Positions 40,901 through 54,037 of a stretch of DNA of 64,000 nucleotides are shown here, one piece after another. The notes under the pieces were generated by a model. That model searched no databases. It was not told the origin of the DNA and saw nothing but the letters and a program-made list of their open reading frames with translations. Positions within the stretch are counted from its first letter, which is position 1. Each line of letters starts with the position of its first letter. The position numbers and the translations under genes are program-made. The stretch spans positions 82,894,001-82,958,000 of the forward strand of contig OX597827.1 in NCBI GenBank assembly GCA_951406725.2, given 5' to 3'. Source of the DNA: Octopus vulgaris. Its lineage: Eukaryota.

Positions 40901-43900
40901 CTCGGTCTACCTCTTCATGCTTCACCACCTCATGCCAGGTCTTCCTGAGTCTATCTCTTCATGCTTCACCACCTCATCCCAGGTCTTCCTGGGTCTACCT
41001 CTTCATGCTTCACCACCTCATCCCAGGAATTCCTGGGTCTATCTCTTCATGCTTCACCACCTCATGCCAGGTCTTCCTGAGTCTATCTCTTCATGCTTCA
41101 CCACCTCATCCCAGGTCTTCCTGGGTCTACCTCTTCATGCTTCAGCACCTCATGCCAGGTCTTCCTGAGTCTATCTCTTCATGCTTCACCACCTCATCCC
41201 AGGTCTTCCTGGGTCTACCTCTTCATGCTTCACCACCTCATGCCAGGTCTTCCTGAGTCTATCTCTTCATGCTTCACCACCTCATCCCAGGTCTTCCTGG
41301 GTCTACCTCTTCATGCTTCACCAACTCATCCCAGGAATTCCTGGGTCTACCTCTTCATGCTTCACCACCTCATGCCAGGTCTTCCTGAGTCTATCTCTTC
41401 ATGCTTCACCACCTCATCCCAGGTCTTCCTGGGTCTACCTCTTCATGCTTCACCACCTCATCCCAGGTCTTCCTGGGTCTACCTCTTCATGCTTCACCAC
41501 CTCATCCCAGGTCTTCCTGGGTCTACCTCTTCATGCTTCACCACCTCATCCCAGGTCTTCCTGAGTCTATCTCTTCATGCTTCACCACCTCATCCCAGGT
41601 CTTCCTGGGTCTACCTCTTCATGCTTCACCACCTCATGCCAGGTCTTCCTGAGTCTATCTCTTCATGCTTCACCACCTCATCCCAGGTCTTCCTGGGTCT
41701 ACCTCTTCATGCTTCACCACCTCATCCCAGGAATTCCTGGGACTACCTCTTCATGCTTCACCACCTCATCCCAGGTCTTCCTGGGTCTACCTCTTCATGC
41801 TTCACCACCTCATCCCAGGAATTCCTGGGTCTACCTCTTCATGCTTCACCACCTCATCCCAGGAATTCCTGGGTCTACCTCTTCATGCTTCACCACCTCA
41901 TCCCAGGTCTTCCTGGGTCTACCTCTTCATGCTTCACCACCACATCCCAGGAATTCCTGGGTCTACCTCTTCATGCTTCACCACCTCATCCCAGGAATTC
42001 CTGGGTCTACCTATTCATGCTTCACCACCTCATCCCAGGAATTCCTGGGTCTACCTCTTCATGCTTCACCACCTCATCCCAGGAATTCCTGGGTCTACCT
42101 CTTCATGCTTCACCACCTCATCCCAGGAATTCCTGGGTCTACCTCTTCATGCTTCACCACCTCATCCCAGGTCTTCCTGGGTCTATCTCTTCATGCTTCA
42201 CCACCTCATCCCAGGTCTTCCTGGGTCTACCTCTTCATGCTTCACCACCACATCCCAGGAATTCCTGGGTCTACCTCTTCATGCTTCACCACCTCATCCC
42301 AGGAATTCCTGGGTCTACCTATTCATGCTTCACCACCTCATCCCAGGAATTCCTGGGTCTACCTGTTCATGCTTCACCACCTCATCCCAGGAATTCCTGG
42401 GTCTACCTCTTCATGCTTCACCACCTCATCCCAGGTCTTCCTGGGTCTACCTCTTCATGCTTCACCACCTCATCCCAGGTCTTCCTGGGTCTACCTCTTC
42501 ATGCTTCACCACCTCATCCCAGGTCTTCCTGGGTCTACCTCTTCATGCTTCACCACCTCATCCCAGGTCTTCCTGGGTCTACCTCTTCATGCTTCACCAC
42601 CTCATCCAAGGAATTCCTGGGTCTACCTCTTCATGCTTCACCACCTCATCCCAGGTCTTCCTGGGTCTACCTCTTCATGCTTCACCACCTCATCCCAGGT
42701 CTTCCTGGGTCTACCTCTTCATGCTTCACCACCTCATCCCAGGAATTCCTGGGTCTACCTCTTCATGCTTCACCACCTCATCCCAGGAATTCCTGGGTCT
42801 ACCTCTTCATGCTTCACCACCTCATCCCAGGAATTCCTGGGTCTACCTCTTCATGCTTCACCACCTCATCCCAGGTCTTCCTGGGTCTATCTCTTCATGC
42901 TTCACCACCTCATCCCAGGTCTTCCTGGGTCTACCTCTTCATGCTTCACCACCACATCCCAGGAATTCCTGGGTCTACCTCTTCATGCTTCACCACCTCA
43001 TCCCAGGAATTCCTGGGTCTACCTATTCATGCTTCACCACCTCATCCCAGGAATTCCTGGGTCTACCTGTTCATGCTTCACCACCTCATCCCAGGAATTC
43101 CTGGGTCTACCTCTTCATGCTTCACCACCTCATCCCAGGTCTTCCTGGGTCTACCTCTTCATGCTTCACCACCTCATCCCAGGTCTTCCTGGGTCTACCT
43201 CTTCATGCTTCACCACCTCATCCCAGGTCTTCCTGGGTCTACCTCTTCATGCTTCACCACCTCATCCCAGGTCTTCCTGGGTCTACCTCTTCATGCTTCA
43301 CCACCTCATCCAAGGAATTCCTGGGTCTACCTCTTCATGCTTCACCACCTCATCCCAGGTCTTCCTGGGTCTACCTCTTCATGCTTCACCACCTCATCCC
43401 AGGTCTTCCTGGGTCTACCTCTTCATGCTTCACCACCTCATCCAAGGAATTCCTGGGTCTACCTCTTCATGCTTCACCACCTCATCCCAGGAATTCCTGG
43501 GTCTACCTCTTCATGCTTCACCACCTCATCCCAGGTCTTCCTGGGTCTACCTCTTCATGCTTCACCACCTCATGCCAGGTCTTCCTGGGTCTACCTCTTC
43601 ATGCTTCACCACCTTATCCCAGGAATTCCTGGGTCTACCTCTTCATGCTTCACCACCTTATCCCAGGTCTTCCTGGGTCTACCTCTTCATGCTTCACCAC
43701 CTCATGCCAGGTCTTCCTGGGTCTACCTCTTCATGCTTCACCACCTTATCCCAGGAATTCCTGGGTCTACCTCTTCATGCTTCACCACCTTATCCCAGGT
43801 CTTCCTGGGTCTACCTCTTCATGCTTCACCACCTCATCCCAGGTCTTCCTGGGTCTACCTCTTCATGCTTCACCACCTTATCCCAGGTCTTCCTGGGTCT

Positions 43901-46900
43901 ACCTCTTCATGCTTCACCACCTTATCCCAGGTCTTCCTGGGTCTACCTCTTCATGCTTCACCACCTTATCCCAGGTCTTCCTGGGTCTACCTCTTCATGC
44001 TTCACCACCTCATCCCAGGTCTTCCTGGGTCTACCTCTTCATGCTTCACCACCTCATCCCAGGTCTTCCTGGGTCTACCTCTTCATGCTTCACCACCTTA
44101 TCCCAGGTCTTCCTGGGTCTACCTCTTCATGCTTCACCACCTTATCCCAGGTCTTCCTGGGTCTACCTCTTCATGCTTCACCACCTCATCCCAGGTCTTC
44201 CTGGGTCTACCTCTTCATGCTTCACCACCTCATCCCAGGTCTTCCTGAGTCTATCTCTTCATGCTTCACCACCTCATCCCAGGTCTTCCTGGGTCTACCT
44301 CTTCATGCTTCACCACCTCATCCCAGGTCTTCCTGGGTCTACCTCTTCATGCTTCACCACCTCATCGCAGGTCTTCCTGGGTCTACCTCTTCATGCTTCA
44401 CCACCTCATCCCAGGTCTTCCTGAGTCTATCTCTTCATGCTTCACCACCTCATCCCAGGTCTTCCTGGGATACCTCTTCATGCTTCACCACCTCATCCCA
44501 GGTCTTCCTGGGTCTACCTCTTCATGCTTCACCACCTCATCCCAGGTCTTCCTGGGTCTACCTCTTCATGCTTCACCACCTCATGCCAGGTCTTCCTGAG
44601 CCTATCTCTTCATGCTTCACCACCTCATCCCAGGTCTTCCTGGGTCTACCTCTTCATGCTTCACCACCTCATCCCAGGTCTTCCTGGGTCTACCTCTACA
44701 TGCTTCACCACCTCATCCCAGGTCTTCCTCGGTCTATCTCTTCATGCTTCACCACCTTATCCCAGGTCTTCCTCGGTCTATCTCTTCATGCTTCACCACC
44801 TCATCCCAGGTCTTCCTGGGTCTACCTCTTCATGCTTCACCACCTCATCCCAGGAATTCCTGGGTCTATCTCTTCATGCTTCATCACCTCATCCCAGGTC
44901 TTCCTCGGTCTACCTCTTCATGCTTCACCACCTCATGCCAGGTCTTCCTGAGTCTATCTCTTCATGCTTCACCACCTCATCCCAGGTCTTCCTGGGTCTA
45001 CCTCTTCATGCTTCACCACCTCATCCCAGGAATTCCTGGGTCTATCTCTTCATGCTTCACCACCTCATGCCAGGTCTTCCTGAGTCTATCTCTTCATGCT
45101 TCACCACCTCATCCCAGGTCTTCCTGGGTCTACCTCTTCATGCTTCAGCACCTCATGCCAGGTCTTCCTGAGTCTATCTCTTCATGCTTCACCACCTCAT
45201 CCCAGGTCTTCCTGGGTCTACCTCTTCATGCTTCACCACCTCATGCCAGGTCTTCCTGAGTCTATCTCTTCATGCTTCACCACCTCATCCCAGGTCTTCC
45301 TGGGTCTACCTCTTCATGCTTCACCAACTCATCCCAGGAATTCCTGGGTCTACCTCTTCATGCTTCACCACCTCATGCCAGGTCTTCCTGAGTCTATCTC
45401 TTCATGCTTCACCACCTCATCCCAGGTCTTCCTGGGTCTACCTCTTCATGCTTCACCACCTCATCCCAGGTCTTCCTGGGTCTACCTCTTCATGCTTCAC
45501 CACCTCATCCCAGGTCTTCCTGGGTCTACCTCTTCATGCTTCACCACCTCATCCCAGGTCTTCCTGAGTCTATCTCTTCATGCTTCACCACCTCATCCCA
45601 GGTCTTCCTGGGTCTACCTCTTCATGCTTCACCACCTCATGCCAGGTCTTCCTGAGTCTATCTCTTCATGCTTCACCACCTCATCCCAGGTCTTCCTGGG
45701 TCTACCTCTTCATGCTTCACCACCTCATCCCAGGAATTCCTGGGACTACCTCTTCATGCTTCACCACCTCATCCCAGGTCTTCCTGGGTCTACCTCTTCA
45801 TGCTTCACCACCTCATCCCAGGAATTCCTGGGTCTACCTCTTCATGCTTCACCACCTCATCCCAGGAATTCCTGGGTCTACCTCTTCATGCTTCACCACC
45901 TCATCCCAGGTCTTCCTGGGTCTACCTCTTCATGCTTCACCACCACATCCCAGGAATTCCTGGGTCTACCTCTTCATGCTTCACCACCTCATCCCAGGAA
46001 TTCCTGGGTCTACCTATTCATGCTTCACCACCTCATCCCAGGAATTCCTGGGTCTACCTCTTCATGCTTCACCACCTCATCCCAGGAATTCCTGGGTCTA
46101 CCTCTTCATGCTTCACCACCTCATCCCAGGAATTCCTGGGTCTACCTCTTCATGCTTCACCACCTCATCCCAGGTCTTCCTGGGTCTATCTCTTCATGCT
46201 TCACCACCTCATCCCAGGTCTTCCTGGGTCTACCTCTTCATGCTTCACCACCACATCCCAGGAATTCCTGGGTCTACCTCTTCATGCTTCACCACCTCAT
46301 CCCAGGAATTCCTGGGTCTACCTATTCATGCTTCACCACCTCATCCCAGGAATTCCTGGGTCTACCTGTTCATGCTTCACCACCTCATCCCAGGAATTCC
46401 TGGGTCTACCTCTTCATGCTTCACCACCTCATCCCAGGTCTTCCTGGGTCTACCTCTTCATGCTTCACCACCTCATCCCAGGTCTTCCTGGGTCTACCTC
46501 TTCATGCTTCACCACCTCATCCCAGGTCTTCCTGGGTCTACCTCTTCATGCTTCACCACCTCATCCCAGGTCTTCCTGGGTCTACCTCTTCATGCTTCAC
46601 CACCTCATCCAGGAATTCCTGGGTCTACCTCTTCATGCTTCACCACCTCATCCCAGGTCTTCCTGGGTCTACCTCTTCATGCTTCACCACCTCATCCCAG
46701 GTCTTCCTGGGTCTACCTCTTCATGCTTCACCACCTCATCCAAGGAATTCCTGGGTCTACCTCTTCATGCTTCACCACCTCATCCCAGGAATTCCTGGGT
46801 CTACCTCTTCATGCTTCACCACCTCATCCCAGGTCTTCCTGGGTCTACCTCTTCATGCTTCACCACCTCATGCCAGGTCTTCCTGGGTCTACCTCTTCAT

Positions 46901-49900
46901 GCTTCACCACCTTATCCCAGGAATTCCTGGGTCTACCTCTTCATGCTTCACCACCTTATCCCAGGTCTTCCTGGGTCTACCTCTTCATGCTTCACCACCT
47001 CATGCCAGGTCTTCCTGGGTCTACCTCTTCATGCTTCACCACCTTATCCCAGGAATTCCTGGGTCTACCTCTTCATGCTTCACCACCTTATCCCAGGTCT
47101 TCCTGGGTCTACCTCTTCATGCTTCACCACCTAATCCCAGGTCTTCCTGGGTCTACCTCTTCATGCTTCACCACCTTATCCCAGGTCTTCCTGGGTCTAC
47201 CTCTTCATGCTTCACCACCTTATCCCAGGTCTTCCTGGGTCTACCTCTTCATGCTTCACCACCTTATCCCAGGTCTTCCTGGGTCTACCTCTTCATGCTT
47301 CACCACCTCATCCCAGGTCTTCCTGGGTCTACCTCTTCATGCTTCACCACCTCATCCCAGGTCTTCCTGGGTCTACCTCTTCATGCTTCACCACCTTATC
47401 CCAGGTCTTCCTGGGTCTACCTCTTCATGCTTCACCACCTTATCCCAGGTCTTCCTGGGTCTACCTCTTCATGCTTCACCACCTCATCCCAGGTCTTCCT
47501 GGGTCTACCTCTTCATGCTTCACCACCTTATCCCAGGTCTTCCTGGGTCTACCTCTTCATGCTTCACCACCTCATCCCAGGTCTTCCTGGGTCTACCTCT
47601 TCATGCTTCACCACCTTATCCCAGGTCTTCCTGGGTCTACCTCTTCATGCTTCACCACCTCATCCCAGGTCTTCCTGGGTCTACCTCTTCATGCTTCACC
47701 ACCTTATCCCAGGTCTTCCTGGGTCTACCTCTTCATGCTTCACCACCTTATCCCAGGTCTTCCTGGGTCTACCTCTTCATGCTTCACCACCTCATCCCAG
47801 GTCTTCCTGGGTCTACCTCTTCATGCTTCACCACCTTATCCCAGGTCTTCCTGGGTCTACCTCTTCATGCTTCACCACCTCATCCCAGGTCTTCCTGGGT
47901 CTACCTCTTCATGCTTCACCACCTCATCCCAGGTCTTCCTGGGTCTACCTCTTCATGCTTCACCACCTTATCCCAGGTCTTCCTGGGTCTACCTCTTCAT
48001 GCTTCACCACCTCATCCCAGGTCTTCCTGGGTCTATCTCTTCATGCTTCACCACCTCATCCCAGGTCTTCCTGGGTCTACCTGTTCATGCTTCACCACCT
48101 CATCCCAGGTCTTCCTGGGTCTACCTCTTCATGCTTCACCACCTCATCCCAGGTCTTCCTGGGTCTACCTCTTCATGCTTCACCACCTCATCCCAGGTCT
48201 TCCTGGGTCTACCTCTTCATGCTTCACCACCTCATCCCAGGTCTTCCTGGGTCTACCTCTTCATGCTTCACCACCTCATCCCAGGTCTTCCTGGGTCTAC
48301 CTCTTCATGCTTCACCACCTCATCCCAACTCTTCCTGGGTCTACCTCTTCATGCTTCACCACCTCATCCCAGGTCTTCCTGGGTCTACCTCTTCATGCTT
48401 CACCACCTCATCCCAGGTCTTCCTGGGTCTACCTCTTCATGCTTCACCACCTCATCCCAGGTCTTCCTGGGTCTACCTCTTCATGCTTCACCACCTCATC
48501 CCAGGTCTTCCTGGGTCTACCTCTTCATGCTTCACCACCTCATCCCAGGTCTTCCTGGGTCTACCTCTTCATGCTTCACCACCTCATCCCAGGTCTTCCT
48601 GGGTCTACCTCTTCATGCTTCACCACCTCATCCCAGGTCTTCCTGGGTCTACCTCTTCATGCTTCACCACCTCATCCCAGGTCTTCCTGGGTCTACCTCT
48701 TCATGCTTCACCACCTCATCCCAGGTCTTCCTGGGTCTACCTCTTCATGCTTCACCACCTCATCCCAGGTCTTCCTGGGTCTACCTCTTCATGCTTCACC
48801 ACCTCATCCCAGGTCTTCCTGGGTCTACCTCTTCATGCTTCACCACCTCATCCCAGGTCTTCCTGGGTCTACCTCTTCATGCTTCACCACCTCATCCCAG
48901 GTCTTCCTGGGTCTACCTCTTCATGCTTCACCACCTCATCCCAGGTCTTCCTGAGTCTACCTCTTCATGCTTCACCACCTCATCCCAGGTCTTCCTGGGT
49001 CTACCTCTTCATGCTTCACCACCTCATCCCAGGTCTTCCTGGGTCTACCGCTTCATGCTTCACCACCTCATCCCAGGTCTTCCTGGGTCTACCTCTTCAT
49101 GCTTCACCACCTCATCCCAGGTCTTCCTGGGTCTACGTCTTCATGCTTCACCACCTCATCCCAGGTCTTCCTGGGTCTACCTCTTCATGCTTCACCACCT
49201 CATCCCAGGTCTTCCTGGGTCTACCTCTTCATGCTTCACCACCTCATCCCAGGTCTTCCTGGGTCTACCTCTTCATGCTTCACCACCTCATCCCAGGTCT
49301 TCCTGGGTCTACCTCTTCATGCTTCACCACCTCATCCCAGGTCTTCCTGGGTCTACCTCTTCATGCTTCACCACCTCATCCCAGGTCTTCCTGGGTCTAC
49401 CTCTTCATGCTTCACCACCTCATCCCAGGTCTTCCTGGGTCTACCTCTTCATGCTTCACCACCTCATCCCAGGTCTTCCTGGGTCTACCTCTTCATGCTT
49501 CACCACCTCATCCCAGGTCTTCCTGGGTCTACCTCTTCATGCTTCACCACCTCATCCCAGGTCTTCCTGGGTCTACCTCTTCATGCTTCACCACCTCATC
49601 CCAGGTCTTCCTGGGTCTACCTCTTCATGCTTCACCACCTCATCCCAGGTCTTCCTGGGTCTACCTCTTCATGCTTCACCACCTCATCCCAGGTCTTCCT
49701 GGGTCTACCTCTTCATGCTTCACCACCTCATCCCAGGTCTTCCTGGGTCTACCTCTTCATGCTTCACCACCTCATCCCAGGTCTTCCTGGGTCTACCTCT
49801 TCATGCTTCACCACCTCATCCCAGGTCTTCCTGGGTCTACCTCTTCATGCTTCACCACCTCATCCCAGGTCTTCCTGGGTCTACCTCTTCATGCTTCACC

Positions 49901-52515
49901 ACCTCATCCCAGGTCTTCCTGGGTCTACCTCTTCATGCTTCACCACCTCATCCCAGGTCTTCCTGGGTCTACCTCTTCATGCTTCACCACCTCATCCCAG
50001 GTCTTCCTGGGGCTACCTCTTCATGCTTCACCACCTCATCCCAGGTCTTCCTGGGTCTACCTCTTCATGCTTCACCACCTCATCCCAGGTCTTCCTGGGT
50101 CTACCTCTTCATGCTTCACCACCTCATGCCAGGTCTTCCTGGGTCTACCTCTTCATGCTTCACCACCTCATCCCAGGTCTTCCTGGGTCTACCTCTTCAT
50201 GCTTCACCACCTCATCCCAGGTCTTCCTGGGTCTACCTCTTCATGCTTCACCACCTCATCCCAGGTCTTCCTGGGTCTACCTCTTCATGCTTCCCCACCT
50301 CATCCCAGGTCTTCCTGGGTCTACCTCTTCATGCTTCACCACCTCATCCCAGGTCTTCCTGGGTCTACCTCTTCATGCTTCACCACCTCATCCCAGGTCT
50401 TCCTGGGTCTACCTCTTCATGCTTCACCACCTCATCCCAGGTCTTCCTGGGTCTACCTCTTCATGCTTCACCACCTCATCCGAGGTCTTCCTGGGTCTAC
50501 CTCTTCATGCTTCACCACCTCATCCCAGGTCTTCCTGGGTCTACCTCTTCATGCTTCACCACCTCATCCGAGGTCTTCCTGGGTCTACCTCTTCATGCTT
50601 CACCACCTCATGCCAGGTCTTCCTGGGTCTACCTCTTCATGCTTCACCACCTCATCCCAGGTCTTCCTGGGTCTACCTCTTCATGCTTCCCCACCTCATC
50701 CCAGGTCTTCCTGGGTCTACCTCTTCATGCTTCACCACCTCATCCCAGGTCTTCCTGGGTCTACCTCTTCATGCTTCACCACCTCATCCCAGGTCTTCCT
50801 GGCTCTACCTCTTCATGCTTCACCACCTCATCCCAGGTCTTCCTGGGTCTACCTCTTCATGCTTCACCACCTCATCCGAGGTCTTCCTGGGTCTACCTCT
50901 TCATGCTTCACCACCTCATCCCAGGTCTTCCTGGGTCTACCTCTTCATGCTTCACCACCTCATCCGAGGTCTTCCTGGGTCTACCTCTTCATGCTTCACC
51001 ACCTCATCCCAGGTCTTCCTGGGTCTACCTCTTCATGCTTCACCACCTCATCCGAGGTCTTCCTGGGTCTACCTCTTCATGCTTCACCACCTCATCCCAG
51101 GTCTTCCTGGGTCTACCTCTTCATGCTTCACCACCTCATCCCAGGTCTTCCTGGGTCTACCTCTTCATGCTTCACCACCACATCCCAGGTCTTCCTGGGT
51201 CTACCTCTTCATGCTTCACCACCTCATCCCAGGTCTTCCTGGGTCTACCTCTTCATGCTTCACCACCACATCCCAGGTCTTCCTGGGTCTACCTCTTCAT
51301 GCTTCACCACCTCATCCCAGGTCTTCCTGGGTCTACCTCTTCATGCTTCACCACCTCATGCCAGGTCTTCCTGGGTCTACCTCTTCATGCTTCACCACCT
51401 CATCCCAGGTCTTCCTGGGTCTACCTCTTCATGCTTCACCACCTCATCCCAGGTCTTCCTGGGTCTACCTCTTCATGCTTCACCACCTCATCCGAGGTCT
51501 TCCTGGGTCTACCTCTTCATGCTTCACCACCTCATCCCAGGTCTTCCTGGGTCTACCTCTTCATGCTTCACCACCTCATCCCAGGAATTCCTGGGTCTAC
51601 CTCTTCATGCTTCACCACCTCATCCCAGGTCTTCCTGGGTCTACCTCTTCATGCTTCACCACCTCATCCCAGGTCTTCCTGGGTCTACCTCTTCATGCTT
51701 CACCACCTCATCCCAGGTCTTCCTGGGTCTACCTCTTCATGCTTCACCACCTCATCCCAGGTCTTCCTTGGTCTACCTCTTCATGCTTCACCACCTCATC
51801 CCAGGTCTTCCTGGGTCTACCTCTTCATGCTTCACCACCTCATCCCAGGTCTTCCTGGGTCTACCTCTTCATGCTTCACCACCTCATCCCAGGTCTTCCT
51901 GGGTCTACCTCTTCATGCTTCACCACCTCATCCCAGGAATTCCTGGGTCTACCTCTTCATGCTTCACCACCACATCCCAGGTCTTCCTGGGTCTACCTCT
52001 TCATGCTTCACCACCTCATCCCAGGTCTTCCTGGGTCTACCTCTTCATGCTTCACCACCTCATCCCAGGTCTTCCTGGGTCTACCTCTTCATGCTTCACC
52101 ACCTCATCCCAGGTCTTCCTGGGTCTACCTCTTCATGCTTCACCACCTCATCCCAGGTCTTCCTGGGTCTACCTCTTCATGCTTCACCACCTCATCCCAG
52201 GTCTTCCTGGGTCTACCTCTTCATGCTTCACCACCTCATCCCAGGTCTTCCTGGGTCTACCTCTTCATGCTTCACCACCTCATCCCAGGAATTCCTGGGT
52301 CTACCTCTTCATGCTTCACCACCTCATCCCAGGTCTTCCTGGGTCTACCTCTTCATGCTTCACCACCTCATCCCAGGTCTTCCTGGGTCTACCTCTTCAT
52401 GCTTCACCACCTCATCCCAGGTCTTCCTGGGTCTACCTCTTCATGCTTCACCACCTCATCCCAGGTCTTCCAGGTTCCTGGGTCTACCTCTTCATGCTTC
52501 ACCACCTCATCCCAG
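37960..52515. repeat. 44-bp tandem satellite array, ~330 copies, RTE-LINE derived
   Basis: Consensus CTACCTCTTCATGCTTCACCACCTCATCCCAGGTCTTCCTGGGT; reverse complement encodes RGRPRKTWDEVVKH. Confidence 0.98.
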
Positions 52516-53182
52516 AAAGACCTTTGTTTCACCCATTTTTGGTGTAACAAAAATTCCAACCCTAAACACCAGGTGCGCGTATACATTGCTTTTACTCATA
52601 CATGATATTTACCAAATGAACTATGATGAAAGAATATGAGAATGATATAGTATATAGTTTTCTTTTGCAGGATTTCCTTGAGATATGTAATTTATTTTAA
52701 GGGTTACACAAGGGTAAAACGGTTCAGAAACACTGCTATAGAGATATACATGTGGACAATATTGTACGTTTGTAAAGATATTGTACAATATTGACAATAT
52801 TGTACGTTTGGCCGTATAGCCAAAAACGCATGTTATCCTGTAACCAATAGTATACCACAGTAACAACACATGTAGCCATGTTACCATGTGGCAAACCTAA
52901 GCAAAATAACATGTAGGAAGGATAAGTGAGATAATTTGCTTATAAATTAATGGAAGCTGAATAAGTAAATAAGAGTTAATAGACTTGTTTAATTTAAGAA
53001 ATTATTTGGTATGGGGTGGACACCTTAAGGAGGGACTTCAAATATCAGCCACTTAGATACTCTAGCACACACGCCCACACACACACACGTGCACACACAT
53101 ACACACACACACACACACGCACACACACACACACACACGTGCACACACAAAACATCAAACGTTAATTTGTTGACAATCAATA

Positions 53183-53188
53183 TTTATT
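53183..53188 (-). promoter_or_regulatory. Putative polyadenylation signal of the His-rich peptide gene
   Basis: AATAAA on the minus strand ~155 nt after the stop codon. Confidence 0.6.
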
Positions 53189-53340
53189 GAACTGTTGTAA
53201 TATCGGTTATAAAGAGGTGGAAATATGATTATCAGGAACACTGAAGTCTGTCTCTTTAACAATCTTATTTAATGTGTTGCCATTAAATATAACATTATTG
53301 GCTGATCTGGTCATCTTTCCAACATTATTAGCTGATCTGG

Positions 53341-53360
53341 TCAATTCGATGGTTGAGCTT
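53341..53360 (-). CDS. Exon 6 coding part (EAQPSN, stop)
   Basis: gtttatttcctttcAG|AAGCTCAACCATCGAATTGA. Confidence 0.8.
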
Positions 53361-54004
53361 CTGAAAGGAAATAAACAGACAACATGAGAAAAGGGAAAAA
53401 TTGGAAAGGATTAGAAAGAAATTAAATCAGGGGCTAATATTTAGGATTGATGGAACCCTGTGGACATGATAGCACTGTCCAAATTCTTGAGTAGACATTA
53501 TTGTATTATCTCCAAGTGAAAGAACACTGAGACACTCTCTCCACACGCTCACATCTGCAAAATGCATTTACACTGTCAACATCGACTCACTGTGTTTATT
53601 TATTTAATATGGTAGCTTCTCTTCCTGTCCCTTTTCTTTTCCTTTAAACACACACACACTAACACACATTCACACACACACATATATATACACACATTCA
53701 CACATACTAACATGCATTCACACACACACACGTATTTATAAAATATGGTTCCCTTACCTCCTTGATGGTGTGACTCATCTGAAAATATTTAAAGATTCAT
53801 TAATTAAAATTCTTTACCAATTATGACATTGGAAAATCACAAAATCCAAACTTTGCTATTTTGTAAATTTGTGTTTGAGTTGCATAATAGAGGTTTTATC
53901 TCTAATTCATATTTTATACTGTGAAATTTGATTTAATACTAAATCTAATTTTTCCCTGTAAGTTTGGAGCCATACTCCCTAATATTATTATATATATATA
54001 TATG

Positions 54005-54037
<33 letters not shown>

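Noticed and set aside
37960-52515. CRISPR-like array of palindromic repeats
   Set aside because: Units are head-to-tail with no unique spacers, there are no cas genes, and the context is eukaryotic.
37883-52639. Very long ORFs (up to 2483 aa) in all three plus-strand frames
   Set aside because: Artefact of a stop-free 44-bp unit cycling through frames. Variants introduce stops and frameshifts freely, and the meaningful reading (RTE motif) is on the opposite strand.
52516-52640. Continuation of the Penelope ORF on the far side of the satellite (CMSKSNVY on minus strand)
   Set aside because: Only a vague resemblance to the C...VY motif; no CxC/CPL linker upstream.
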